Source: Octopus sinensis (lineage: Eukaryota). Taken from it: a DNA stretch of 64,000 bases. The stretch is from NCBI RefSeq assembly GCF_006345805.1, contig NC_043014.1:18352001-18416000 (forward strand). Reading direction: 5' to 3'. Every line of letters starts with the position of its first letter. The first letter of the stretch is position 1. The translations under genes and the position numbers were made by a program. Positions 25,402 through 38,595 of the stretch are shown here, piece after piece. Under the pieces are notes generated by a model, which saw only the letters and a list, made by a program, of their open reading frames with translations, was not told the DNA's origin and ran no database searches.

Positions 25402-25839
25402 AAGGTTGACGTTGCCAATATTATTGCTGTGCACGCCAGTATGATTGCTGATAGATCAGACATAATGAAAAGCATTTCAGTTATGACTATCTAATAACCT
25501 TTAAGTATCTCTTGAAAATATTACCCGACGTTTACTTCCCATTTATACGACGGTAGAGTGAGATTTGAAGGGTAGAATGTTCCTTCATTGCTCCTGAATT
25601 CAATGATAATTATGTCACGACAGATGTCTAAGAAAGAAGAGATTGCAAATAAAATCTTTAATGTATTAAGTTTAGTTCTTCAATGCTTTACCATTAATTT
25701 CATTAATCTTGGGTTGAGTCTACTACTGAATGTCATGATAGAAACACCGAGGAACGGCACCACACACATACATATATACATATATACATTCGTACATACA
25801 TACATATTGACATTCATACATACATATACATTCATACAT

Positions 25840-26391
25840 GGTGGCTGCCCTCTCGTTATCGAGTATGGCCATTGCACGAAACTTAATCAATGTTGTTATC
25901 GTGCAATCATTGTACAAGAAGATGTTGTTTAAAGTGAGAAAAGGGTGTACACTGAGTCAATCCCACTCACTAAGCAACAGCAGCCATAATCCGAAAAGAA
26001 GAACAAGTCAACATCATCGGTAACCACTGAGCCGCAGGTTTATGTCGGAGTTATCCCAGTTCCCTGAGTTACCTTCTCCTAGAAGGATGCCCTAACAAAG
26101 GCTAGGAGTCCTTCACTCCCAATGGTTTAACTGCGCGATCGGGTATTCAGTCCGATTATGTCTATGTCCCCGCGCATGATACATCCTTAAGATATTTATT
26201 GGATGGCCGTTGACTCTCAAGAGTTCCTCCGCCCTTTGACGGGTTTTGTTTTTCATCCCGTAGGGTGTCCAATAAACATCCTCCTCAGCAAGCAAGCTTG
26301 GTGGGGTTGCCGGTTTAGTCATCGACGACCCGACCATGTAACAGGTTGTACTGGGTTACATGTTACTAGTAGCACTCGAAAGTGACCTGAC
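25840..26391 (-). mobile_element. Non-autonomous RTE-related retroelement
   Basis: RTE 5'UTR-like GCCTTTGTTAGGGCATCC..CTAGGAGAAGGTAACTC; possible TSD CATTCATACAT (25829-25839 and 26392-26402, within microsatellite). Confidence 0.5.
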
Positions 26392-26489
26392 CATTCATAC
26401 ATACATGCATATACATACATACATACATACATGCATATACATACATACATATACATACATGCATACATACATGCATATACATACATGTC

Positions 26490-26969
26490 TTCTATCTTTT
26501 ACTTCTTTCATTAGAGTACGGCCATTTTGGGGTACTGCTTTGAAGAATTTTAGTGGAACGATTCGCCTTCAGTACTTTGTTTTTGCTTGGTAGTTATTCA
26601 ATCAATCTCTTTTGCCGAGGTGTTAAGTTACAGAGACGTAAACACACCAAGACCGGTTGTCAAGTGGTGGCAGAGAACAAACACACAATCAAGGGCATAC
26701 ATTCATACAAACATACACACACACACAAACATATACAAACACACACACATACACACAAACACACACGCAGAAACGGTAGCACGCCGGGCGAAATGCGAAG
26801 CCGTATTTCGTCTGCCGTTACGTTCTGAGTTCAAATTCCGCCAAGGTCGACTTTGCCTTTCATCCTTTCGGGGTCGATAAATTAAGTACCAGTTACGATG
26901 GAATCGACTTAACCGCTTTGTCTGTCCTTGTTTGTCCTCTCTGTGTTTAGCCCCTTGTGGGTAGTAAAG

Positions 26970-27027
<58 letters not shown>

Positions 27028-27180
27028 GCATGTATGTATGTATATACAACATCCATTTTTAAGTTTCCGTGTTTTAATCTGCTCACAATGCTTTGGTCAA
27101 TCCGTGAGTCGAGTACAAGTCACTTCCGCAAGGTATCCCGCAGCGCGACTGAACCCGGAGCCTCGTATTTGGGAAGCAAG
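26490..27180 (-). mobile_element. Decayed SINE A with a nested family C SINE (26768-26972, +)
   Basis: A tail 26490-26700 and A head 27055-27180; the C copy carries GCCTTTCATCCTTTCGGGGTCGATAAATTAAGTACCAG. Confidence 0.75.
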
Positions 27181-27374
27181 TTTTTTTATTTCATAAAAAA
27201 GGGCCATAAAGGCCTTAAACAGAGAGTCAGCACAAGTTGAAGGGAAAAAAGAAAAGAAAAAATAAAACCAATGGAATGAATGAAATTACATAATGAACGA
27301 CTTCATTGAACGTGTTACTACACCGTTTGTATTACCATTTGCAACCACAGTTTATATACCTTTTTCATTATCAT

Positions 27375-27985
27375 TTATAACAGCAATTTACCTTTTTTTT
27401 TATCCAATATATCTATTTTATATTTTTGGAGAATGTCAAAATAACTCACCCGCTCTGGCATAGTACTTGTATTTATCCTCTTTTCCCACCACTTAAAATC
27501 TTCCACATACTTCCTCAATCTCGCCAGGTACTCCGGGTCCACCACCGCACATCGCATGTGCTCCGGCAACTCCCCCACTCCTATCGTATCCACTTTAATT
27601 GCCATATCTCATGTCTCTATTTCCTTGCACAGTTCCTTGTTTCGTCCATTGTACAACACAATACATTTTCTCTCCCAGGGCAAGGGTGGGCTCAGAAGTT
27701 GTGGCCCTTGTGTGCTTATGTTTGTCTTTGTGTCGGGTGGGGCATGGAGAGGGTTGGTGTCTGTTGTGAGTGGTTAGGGTAGAGTGGGTGTGGGTGAGGG
27801 CCGAGCGGGTATGAGTTGTGGGGCGGGAGGGTATCTTTTGCCACGTGTGTCTTCTTCCTCCTTTTCCTGCTCTTTTTTCTCTACCATTTCCCAGCTGGTA
27901 TTCGCTTCTTCCGCCTCCTCGACGCTGGTGCCTGTCTTCTTCTGCGGTTCCACCTCACTTGCTTCTTCCTCCACTGGCAGATACC
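27375..27985 (-). pseudogene. Decayed coding fragment (~200 codons, two in-frame stops), probably TE-derived
   Basis: ORFs 27774-28115 and 27375-27605 share a frame: acidic linker, Pro-rich stretch, then globular-looking KVDTIGVGELPEHMRCAVVDPEYLARLRKYVEDFKWW. Confidence 0.5.
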
Positions 27986-28132
27986 TATCTATATAGATGC
28001 ATGCATGCATACACATGTACCAACATACATGCATATATATAAGTACATATGCGAAGCGCATTGTAACCAGCGATGTGTAGCAACATCTGATAGCCTGGTC
28101 GGTCACGGTGATCACGGTGGTAACGGTGATAC

Positions 28133-28205
<73 letters not shown>

Positions 28206-28206
28206 C

Positions 28207-28253
<47 letters not shown>

Positions 28254-28266
28254 GTATGTATATATA

Positions 28267-28470
28267 CACGAGGCTGGTGAAAAGTTTCTGGCTTTATGAG
28301 TATCACAAAAGGCCCAGCTTTCTGAGTCCTTTCACAAGGCTTTGAAAAACAAGAATCACTGCAATAAGTCTATGAATCTGAGAGAGGAAAATGTTGCATA
28401 AAATTGAAATTAACTGATCCTCCTTATTTTGTTTTGCCCAAAGGCAGGAACTTTTCAACACCCCCTCGTA
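28267..28470. mobile_element. Mariner-type MITE
   Basis: ACGAGGCTGGTGAAAAGTTTCTGGCTTT ... AAAGGCAGGAACTTTTCAACACCCCCTCGTA TIRs in TA context. Confidence 0.75.
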
Positions 28471-28831
28471 TATGTATGTATGTATGTATGTATGTACATA
28501 CGAACACACACACACACACACACACACGCACAAACACACACACACACACACAGGCGCGCGCGCACACACACATGCTTTTATTCTTTTACTTGTTTCAGTC
28601 ATATGACTGCGGTCATGCTGGAGCACAGCCTTAAAGGTTTTTAGTCGAACAAATTGACTCCAGGACTTCTTTGTAAGCCGAGTACTCATTCTATCGGCCA
28701 CTTTAGCCGAACCGCTAAAGTTACGGGGACGTAAACAGAGCAATATCAGTTATCAAGCAGTGATAGGGGAACAGACAGACATAAAGACGCGTGCGCCCAC
28801 ACACAAATACGTATATACATACATACATACA

Positions 28832-28867
<36 letters not shown>

Positions 28868-30643
28868 TATACAGACTCATATATATATAAATACACACAC
28901 ACATATATATATATATATATATGACAGAAGATGGAATATAGGAGAATATATTATTAATCACAACAAATGTTTCGACACATCTAGCATTGACTCCTCTTGT
29001 GAGACACACAAAAACTGGTTCAGGGGTATACAGTGGTGTAGACGTATTTTGTGGGTTATAAGTAAATAAAAACTCGTTAAAATGACTGTTACATAATGAA
29101 ACTTTCCGTTTTGTAAAGAGAGAAAAACCCAGACGGAGGTAAATTCTTCATATATATAGAAGATCCAAAAATAAAATTGTAGAAGACAAAAAGAGAAACG
29201 AACACTTAATCCAGCTGGAAAATATTGAAAACAACCGTTAACAGATATGTATAACAGATATGTATGTACAAACGCCCTCGGGCAAGCTGCATAGCACGAG
29301 TACATACGCTCATACAAACATTAGAAAAAATGTGAGCATACGCACACGTGAGGTTAGGCGCACTCATGATTACAAAGCGAGTTAGATATATTTTCTTTTA
29401 TTTTGCAATGTCATACAGCATATTTTTATGGTTAGGACGAGCTACACGTGTTTCCCTTGCACAGAGTATGAATAGTTGCATATGCAAAGGGGCATAATTT
29501 TCTGTGCAGCATCGTTCAGGGTCTCTTAACCTGCTTGGCTCGAAGCGACCTGAGTTCAGGTAGTTGTTTATCCATTAGGGTTCTGTATAATATATGTACT
29601 GCATTGATTTTCACTCGTTTATACTCCAACCTTCTTCAACCTATTTGTTTGGGGCACATAAAACAAACATGAACGAAGTAAACATATCTAAACAATGCCG
29701 TAGGTTTGCTCTTCATAAACACATCAAACAAAACAGAACTAAAAGAATGAAAACAACGAACACTTGTGAAATAAGAACATATTTACATTGAAATACATAA
29801 GAAAGAAAATGTTAAATTTTTTAGACATACTTCATTGCCATCCGTTTTTCAGTAATTCATTTTAACAGAAGCATAAGTGATGCATGGTGTGTTTATAATA
29901 CTTATAACATATGTTCATCCATTTGTAAAAACTTGTTAACCGATCTCTAACATATGTCGAAAATCTTTGAAACTAGACAAAACTACAAAACACAAAGGCG
30001 TAGTGAATCTCGGGAAGGCAAAGTAACATTTTGTAAAGTTGAGATGAAGATTGGAAAGACAACAGATATGTATTAAAGTTACAGAACAGATAAAAATTCC
30101 CCTCAAGTTGTCGCAGTCTAAAGGGGGCATACAACATCATCTGTTCTTTTCTTTGGTTCTGCCATATGCAACAACGACTTAACTCTGGTCCGTAGTTGTG
30201 GAAAGACTTTCATGAGCTCAAACTGAGTGAAGTTTCGTCGTACAAAAATAGGCTGTGACGCTAAAATCGTTAACGGCCAAGAAAGGTATCGACTGGAATA
30301 CCTGAATCTATTTGGAAATCTGCTAAAAGCCTCCACTCCCACCATCAAACAAAAACAGAGTAAAACAGATTCAGCCATTTCAACACTTGAGTATATGTTG
30401 ACGAGGCTCTCTATAATAATTACAAAGATGTGATATCCAGAAAAGTAAGTAAATGTAATGGACTCTCTTTGGTGAGGTGGAAATTAAACCTAAAGGTTCA
30501 CGTGAGCAAGAAATGACAAGAGCGGCTTTTAACCTAAACTTTTAAGCATATAAACGCCGTCCTTTTAGAGGATCCCAAGAATAGTCTCTCGAAGTTCGTT
30601 CCAGATAATGAAATTTGAATAAAAGAAACATTTGTTAGATGCG

Positions 30644-30678
<35 letters not shown>

Positions 30679-30961
30679 TATATATACATACGTATGTATC
30701 TTTTACCTTTTGATTGTTTCAGTCATTAGACTGCGACCATGTTGGGGCACCGTCTTGAAGGATTTCTTTTTGTCGAATGACTGACTCGATCACAGTATTT
30801 ATTTTTTGTTAAACGTGGTACTTATTCTATCGGTCTCTTGTGGTCGAACTGCTAAGTTACGGGGACGTAAACACGCTACACTTGCTATCAAGTTGGAGGG
30901 GGCAGTGGAAAGACACAGACACACACATATATTCTACAGTATATATATATATATTCTACAG

Positions 30962-31010
<49 letters not shown>

Positions 31011-31085
31011 CTACAGTATATATAATATTTTTTCGTAATGAGATAAAAACCAAGGTTGTGTAGATTTTAGAACATTTATAGATAG

Positions 31086-31133
31086 GTTTTACAGCTGTTT
31101 CCAGGATATTTATCATATCCCTTCATCGGAGAC
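31086..31133 (-). ncRNA. Hammerhead ribozyme variant (CCGAUGA core) in a PLE terminal-repeat fragment
   Basis: Minus: GUCU-CCGAUGA-A-GGGAUAU/gauaa/AUAUCCU-G-GAAAC-AGCU-GUA-AAAC. Confidence 0.65.
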
Positions 31134-31377
31134 GTGAGAGGATGGTTAAGAAATTGTTAATTTAGATAAGATATAAAATAGAGAGTGAGGTGGAGGAAAT
31201 AAAAAGAAAATAGATGTGAGATGTGTAGGGATATGGCATTTGTAGATCCATTCTTCTAGGCAGAATGGTATGCATATAATATTCCAATACCTTGTGAGTA
31301 AAATCCAATAGAATTTAAAATTCGTCATTCCAAGTATAAAGTTTATATACAATGTTATTGAATCCAGGGTTGTATAT

Positions 31378-34329
31378 ATATGACATCTCTCTCAGCATCG
31401 ACCACCCCTCCCACTCTCTCACCACCACCGCCTTCTTTAAACCCACGGATTCCCACCTCTATCTCAACTTCAACTCCTCCCACCCCTTCCACACCAAACG
31501 GGCCATCCCCTACTCCCAGTTCCTCCGCCTCCGACGCTTGTGCAGCCGCGACCAGGATTTCGAGACCCAATCTCAATACCTGGCCCGCCTGTTCAGACTC
31601 CGAGGATACCCACCTACACTAATCTCAAATGCCCTTGCCCGCGCCCGTCGCATCGACCGCACCACCGCCCTGTCTCCTTCCTCTCACCCACCCCCACCGC
31701 ACCCCCTTTCCCCTCCTTTTCCACCCCTCTACTCTACCCCTTCGTCGGAAGATACTACGCGCCTTCCGTCGCCTCCAGCTCGATCCCACGACCCGCCCCA
31801 TTTTCCCCAACCCACCCTTGTCCTCCTTCAAACGATCCCGGAATCTACACGACCTCCTGGTCCATAGCACCCTCTCTCCTTCCCCCTCAGCCCCACACGG
31901 ATCATTCCCGTGCTCTAGATCCCGCTGCAACATCTGCCTCTTCATCACCAACACCACTGCTGTCAACGACTCCAACCAGCGAACTGTACGTATCAGACAT
32001 TCTTTTACGTGCACTTCGTCTGGCCTCATATACTGTATTAAATGCAACCTCTGCGGAATGCTGTATATAGGACAGACGGGACGCCGCTTGTCAGACCGAT
32101 TTGCTGAACATCTGAGGGACGTTCGCCTACGGTCTTTTTCTCCCATCGCACGTCACTTCCGCTCGGCCAGCCATTCTCCCGATGACATCTCAGTGTTTGG
32201 TCTCGCCCCACACAACGGTCGTCCACTATCTAGGCTCCACTTGGAGCAACGCTACATCTTCACCCTACAAACCACTACTCAACCCGGACTCAACACAGCC
32301 CCCTCCTCTTAGTGTTTTTTTCCCGAAAACACACACACGCATACCCACGTATCCACGAACACCCCCATACCTACTTCCAACACACCTACCTCCAACACAC
32401 CACACACACACAACCTACTTACCTACTTGTACGCGCACATACTTCTACACCTATTCACACCCCCACGCAAACCCACGCACACACACACACGCCCGTTCAC
32501 ACACACACACACATACATACATACGCACATACATACACACATACATACACACACATACGTACATACATACTTTACATACATACACACACACACATGCACA
32601 CATACACGCATGCACACACACATGCATACATACATACCTACACACGCACACGTTTACACGAATGCACGCACACATACATATATTTGCATCCAGGCGCACC
32701 CTCTTTCTTTTGGGTTGAGGGGTTGATGGATCTCGGTTCTTGTCATGTGTGTGATCGGGGGTCCGCGCGCGCGCGCGCTTTGGAACAGGCCTGGGGTGGG
32801 GTAGGCCCCATATGCGTGCGTTGTGTTGTTTGTGTGTTGTGTGTGTGAGCGTGCTTCGTGCGTGTGTGTGTGTATACATACATACACACGCATGCATGCA
32901 TGCACGCGCGCACACCTACATGCCTACATACATACACGCACACACACTTACACACATACACACATACATACACACATACACACACACATACATACCCACA
33001 AACATACATACATACACACACATACACATACATACATACATAAGACATACGTACACACAGACATACACCCATACACTCACACACACATACATACACACCC
33101 ACATACACACGCACACGCATACATACACACACACACCTACACTTCCACATACATACATACACACCTACATACACACGCACACGCATACATACACACACAC
33201 ACACACACGCATACATACATACATTACATACGTACACACACATACTTACATACATTCATACCTTCACTCATACATACATACATACATACACACAACCATA
33301 CACAGACACACACCTATACATACATGCATGCACGCACGCCTGTGGGTTGTGGCTATATCTCGGGTTCGTGTCTGGGCCGGCGCGTTGTGCCTGGGGTTTC
33401 TCTTACGCCTGTCACCGCAGGAGTATTTTCCATCATTCCTTCAGTTGCGAAGTGTTTCCTTGCATGCATATATACACACACACATAAACATATAAACACA
33501 CATATAATACCCCTACATTTTGTACACACACGCACATACATACATTCACTCCCACGCACTCACACATACACATTTACATATATATATACAATACACGCAC
33601 ACACACTTACACACGTACAAACACACACAAACTCACATACACACAACATATACCTCCACGCGCACGCACACATACACATACGTACACACATATAAGCACA
33701 GACACACACATACATACGTACACCAAGACATGCGCACACATACGCACGCAAACATACATACATGCACACAATCATACATATACGCACATATAAGCACACA
33801 CACACCCACACATACACTTAGTTAAGCACAGTTACTCGCCATACACACTAAAAAACGCACACGTACACACACATACTACAACTAAACATACACACGAGAC
33901 ATATACACGCACACACTCACACACACACCCTTGTCATCTCGCACACCGTTGCTACTACTGTTTGCCCTAGCCTTCGCCCACCATATACACACATACACAC
34001 ACACGCACACACTCACACACACACCCTTGTCATCTCGCACACTGTTGTTTACCTTCGTTCTTTTTCCGCTCTCTTGTCTTTGAAAACCCGCACTCTTTTG
34101 TTTACTACTTCCGCCTTTTCAGTATGTTGACCTCGTGAAGACCACTTGCATTTTTTCCCCTCTGTCCTCCCACCTCGGGATCTTTCTTTCTCCTATGTTT
34201 CCGACGAAGAGCTCCGCTCGAAACGTCATACACACAACATACTTCTTCCCTTTTTTCCTGAGCGCCCAATAATACTTTAATTGTTCCATATCCTCGCGTT
34301 GTTGTCTTCTTGTTTTCTTGTTTGGATTA

Positions 34330-34335
<6 letters not shown>
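31378..34335 (+). mobile_element. 5'-truncated Penelope-like element (Neptune-type): RT thumb, Cys-rich linker, GIY-YIG, long CA-rich 3' region, hammerhead
   Basis: FFKPTDSHLYLNFNSSHPFHTKRAIPYSQFLRLRRLCS; frameshift near 31690; CSRSRCNIC..FTCTSSGLIYCIKCNLCGMLYIGQTGRRLSDRFAEH..LEQRYIFTLQT..PGLN, stop at 32312. Confidence 0.9.
34196..34232 (+). ncRNA. Minimal hammerhead ribozyme (CCGACGA core)
   Basis: UGUUU-CCGACGA-A-GAGC/ucc/GCUC-GAAA-CG-UC-AUACA; located at the 3' end of the PLE. Confidence 0.7.
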
Positions 34336-34367
<32 letters not shown>

Positions 34368-34809
34368 AATATATATTCTACAATTTAATTGTTGATATCA
34401 ACTTTTTATAGGTATTTCCGCTCCGTCATATTTTAAGAATTTTCCTGGTAGTGAATTGTGAGACTACATTATATTTACAAGACACTCGCTTAGACTAAAA
34501 CAAATGTATTAATAATGAATCAGTCATGAATGCTTCCATCCTTTAGATGTAGTCGTCTGAACTGCGCTTTATCAAATCTTTCTGAGACTTTTACGCTATG
34601 CACCAAAGTTCTATGAAGAGAACTTTGGTGCACAGAAGAATAACTACCCAGGGGCAACTGCTGATGGTTGCTTCTTTTCAATATAGCTGGTAACTGAATT
34701 CATTAACACAATATTAATATCTCGTATGTTAGCTCCAAATTTAGTAATTTTTTTTTTCATCACGTTCGCATTCTTGTGTATTTCTCCTCAGCTATTATTT
34801 TAAGTTGTC

Positions 34810-35400
34810 AAGGCGTCGAGCTGGCAGAAACGTTAGCACGCCGGGCGAAATGCGTAGCCCTATTTGTCTGCCGTTACGTTATGAGTTAAAATTCCGCCGA
34901 GGTCGACTTTGCCTTTCATCCTTTCAGAGTCGATAAATTAAGTACCAGTTACGCACTGGGGTCGATGTAATCGACTTAATCCGTTTGTCTGTCCTTGTTT
35001 GTCCCTCTTGTGTTTAGCCCCTTGTGGGTAGTAAAGAAATAGGTATTATACATATTTTTAAAGGCGTCGAGCTAGCAGAAGTGTTAGCACGCCGGGCGAA
35101 ATTCTTAGCGGTTTTTCGTCTGCCGTTACGTTCTGAGTTCAAATTCTGCTGAGGTCAACTTTGCCTTTCATCCCTTCGGAGTCGATAAATTAAGTACCAG
35201 TTACGCACTGGCGCCGATGTAATCGACTTAATCCGTTTGTCTGTCCTTGTTTTTCCTTTCTGTGTTTAACCCATTGTGGGTAGTAAAGAAATAGGTATTT
35301 CGTCAGTCTTTACGTTCTGAGTTCAAATTCCTCCGAGGTCAACTTTGCCTTTTTAATCGACTGGCACCTCCCCAAAATTTCAAGTCTTGCGCCGAGAGTT
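34810..35400 (+). mobile_element. Head-to-tail array of family C SINEs (Nin/Deu-domain-like)
   Basis: Copies at 34810-35043 and 35060-35295 plus a partial third; conserved GCCTTTCATCCTTTCGG.GTCGATAAATTAAGTACCAG. Confidence 0.85.
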
Positions 35401-36249
35401 GAAAATATTATTTTAAATTGTCATGCTACATCGGTGTCCATCCACTCAAATTCCATATATTTCCATCTATTTAATGTCTGACAGTGCTGCCAAAACATTG
35501 CTTCACTGGAGAGTTCTAATAAGTTATCACAGTATTAACAAAGGGCAGGCTCACCCCACCCTGCATTGTACATTGTATCTCTATATATGTTTCTGGGCCC
35601 ACTTGCTTGCTATTAAAGAAGGTGAAATAAAATATAGAATTGCAAGTTACCTTTATTCATCTAGCTTATAATAAATACAATATTTTAGGAGTGTGTGTGT
35701 GTTTTAGATCTCATTAACTAGTGTTCTAACCTAAAGCAGTCTTTAGAACTTGACTGTTTAAATAGACACAATAAAGAATGCCAATATTGATATATCTTGA
35801 TCAAAGATATATATTAATAAATCATCACTTATATAGACATTTTGTTATTCAGAAAAAATTGAAAAACTGGAGGTCGATTGTTTTATATTTTCATCAATAA
35901 CATAAGAGGATTAAGTGCAAAGAAGCTGCTCCTAGGCAGCTTACTAACTTATGCTCTCTGCAATGCTGCTTGTTATAGTAACTGTTCATAATTGATGCGC
36001 ATTTATTCTGCAGATACATGAATAGAAACGCATGTATGTATCTATCTAGCGAGTTGGCATGACTGTGCGGTTAAAAAGTCCGTTTCGCAACTACGTACTT
36101 TCCGATTCAGTCTCACTGCGCGCTGTATTCTGAGCGTCTTCTACAATAGCCTCGACTGACCAATTTTGTCTATGGAATTGATAAATGGAAACAGCGCGCG
36201 TTCACGCGCACACATACCTGCACATGTATGTATAAATAAATAATAAATG

Positions 36250-36840
36250 CGCCCTTTTAAAGCCTAGCCAGGCTCATAGGCCCCGTTTCCCGATTTCTAT
36301 GGCGTATGTGTTCCCCAGCTGGACGGGACGCCAGTCCATCGCAGCGTTACTCATGTTTGCCAGCTGAGTAGACTAGAGCTACGTGAAAGGAAGTGTTTTG
36401 CTCAAGAACACAACGCGTCGCTCGGTTCAGGAATCGAAACCACAATGTTACGATCATGATGCTGACACCCTATCCACTAAGCCACATCAGTCTCAAAAGT
36501 CTGACGTGTCACCAATACTGCTAAGCGCTTTGTAGGTGCAAAACCAATCGTCACTCTATGACCGGCCATCAGATTTAACTTCCTAATATATAATATATAT
36601 GTTCTTTTATTCTTTTACTTGTTTTAGTCATTTGATTGCGGCCATGCTGGAGCAACGCCTTTAGTCGAACAAATCATTTCTCAGGACTTATCATTTGTAA
36701 GATTAGTACTTATTCTATCCGAGACTTTTGTCGAACCGCTAACTTATGGGGACGTAAATACACCAACAGCGGTTGTCAAGTGATGATGGGTGGGGGACAA
36801 ACTCATACACACATCTACATACATACATACGTACGTACAT

Positions 36841-36890
<50 letters not shown>

Positions 36891-37110
36891 ATTCTGCCGA
36901 GGTCAACTTTGCCTTTCATCCTTTCGGGGTCGATAAATTAAGTACCAGTTACGCACTGGGGTCGATGTAATCGACTTAATCTGTTTGTCTGTCCTTGTTT
37001 GCCCCCTCTATGTTTAGCCCCTTGTGGGTAATAAAGAAACATATATATATATATACGACAGCTTTCTTTCAGTTGTCAAGCGATGATGTAGAGACAAACT
37101 CAGACACACA
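36250..37110 (-). mobile_element. SINE cluster: B-related (36250-36485, -), A (36605-37110, -) with nested C (36885-37040, +)
   Basis: Family-diagnostic motifs as above. Confidence 0.75.
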
Positions 37111-38595
37111 CAGATATATAAATGGTGTAAAATAAATCATTTCTGTTTGAGTTTGTGTATGGAGTAGTTTTTTTAGGCTGTTATTCCTTCTGTGACCAAA
37201 GAAACAAGCAAGCGATCTCTGATGAAGAACAATGAAACTGGGAGGAAAATAAGTAATTAAACCTCGACAGTATATCACTTTCTCAGCGATATTAAAAATA
37301 TCTCGCCTTAATTTACTGTTTCTATCTCTGTATAGAGATATAGTAGTCCCATAAAATATCAGCTAAGCGAGAAACTAGATTAGGCTCGAACGAATGTTGT
37401 ACTTGTTCGCAACTAATTATTATGTGGCCTTGTACCAATATAGGGAAGTTTTCTTTATTAGTGATGTCGTTGTTGTTGTGGCTCTTGTAGGTTGCAGTGA
37501 TGGTGGTTTTAGAGTAGTGGTCGTGATTGTGGTGATGTTCATGAGAAATGACTGTTGCGTGTTAAATAGTATGCGATCACCCATCCATAAATGACGAGTA
37601 TTATTTCTCACAAGACATTCTTCTAATAAATAACCACACACACACACGCACGCATGCATATACAACACACAAATACACATGCACACACACATACATACAC
37701 ATACACTCTCTCACGCACAACACAGCCTCACGAACACACAAACCACAGCCTAACGCACACACACAACACGCACTACGCATGTTTCTACACACGTTTTACG
37801 TTCTCTGTCTCTGTCTTTCCTTCTGTCTATCTTTCTGCCTCTCCCCCTCTCTCTCTATATCTATCTTTCTCTCTTTCTCTCTCCATCTCTCCGTTTCACT
37901 CTCTACACTTTAGGAATCTTTTGCAATTCTTTCAATTTATCTGATCTTACGTTCATGGCTTTTTTTCTTTATTATTGGAAACACAAGTTATATTTCGTTC
38001 TTCTTTCAATCGCTCTCTTCTTCTTCTTCTTCTTCTTCTTCTTCTTCTTCTTCTTCTTCTTCTTTTTCCTTCTACCTCTTCTCTCTTCTTTTTCCTTCTA
38101 CCTCTTCTCTCTTCTTTTTCCTTCTACCCCTTCCCTCTTCTTTTTCTTTCTACTACCCCCCTCTCTCTCTTCTTCTTTCTACTGCCCACTCTCACTTTCT
38201 CTCTCTCTCTCTCCCTCTCTCTGTCCACTCTCTAGCACAGTCTCCCTTACTACCACAGTTCATCCCATGTATTAAAACAAAAATTCTATGTAATTAATAA
38301 AATACAGATTCCAACCCAGAATAAAATATTTGCTAAGTAACTTCCTGGTGACCACCACCACTCAGTAACAACACACACAACATGCATAACACACTACGAA
38401 GGATGATAGTTTATATCTTTCCTTGCCGCACGACTGCCCACTTACATATAGCATTTGCTATTTATTCTAAACTTTCTGATTATTCTAAAATTTCAGTCTT
38501 TTTTGTTTTCTTTTTATTTTTAGAGTCAGTCCCTCCATTTGTTTCTTTTTTGTTTTTAGATTGTTAGTCACTCCCGAGATGGCACGTCTACTATA

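Noticed and set aside
28955-29030. Minus-strand GAAAC-AUUU-GUU near CUGAAC
   Set aside because: Core too degenerate to call a ribozyme; may be an old PLE tail
34810-35400. Repeated units as a CRISPR-like array
   Set aside because: Tandem SINE copies with no unique spacers or cas genes; eukaryotic context
37215-37245. CUGAUGA..GAAAC motif
   Set aside because: No stem II or stem I; chance match
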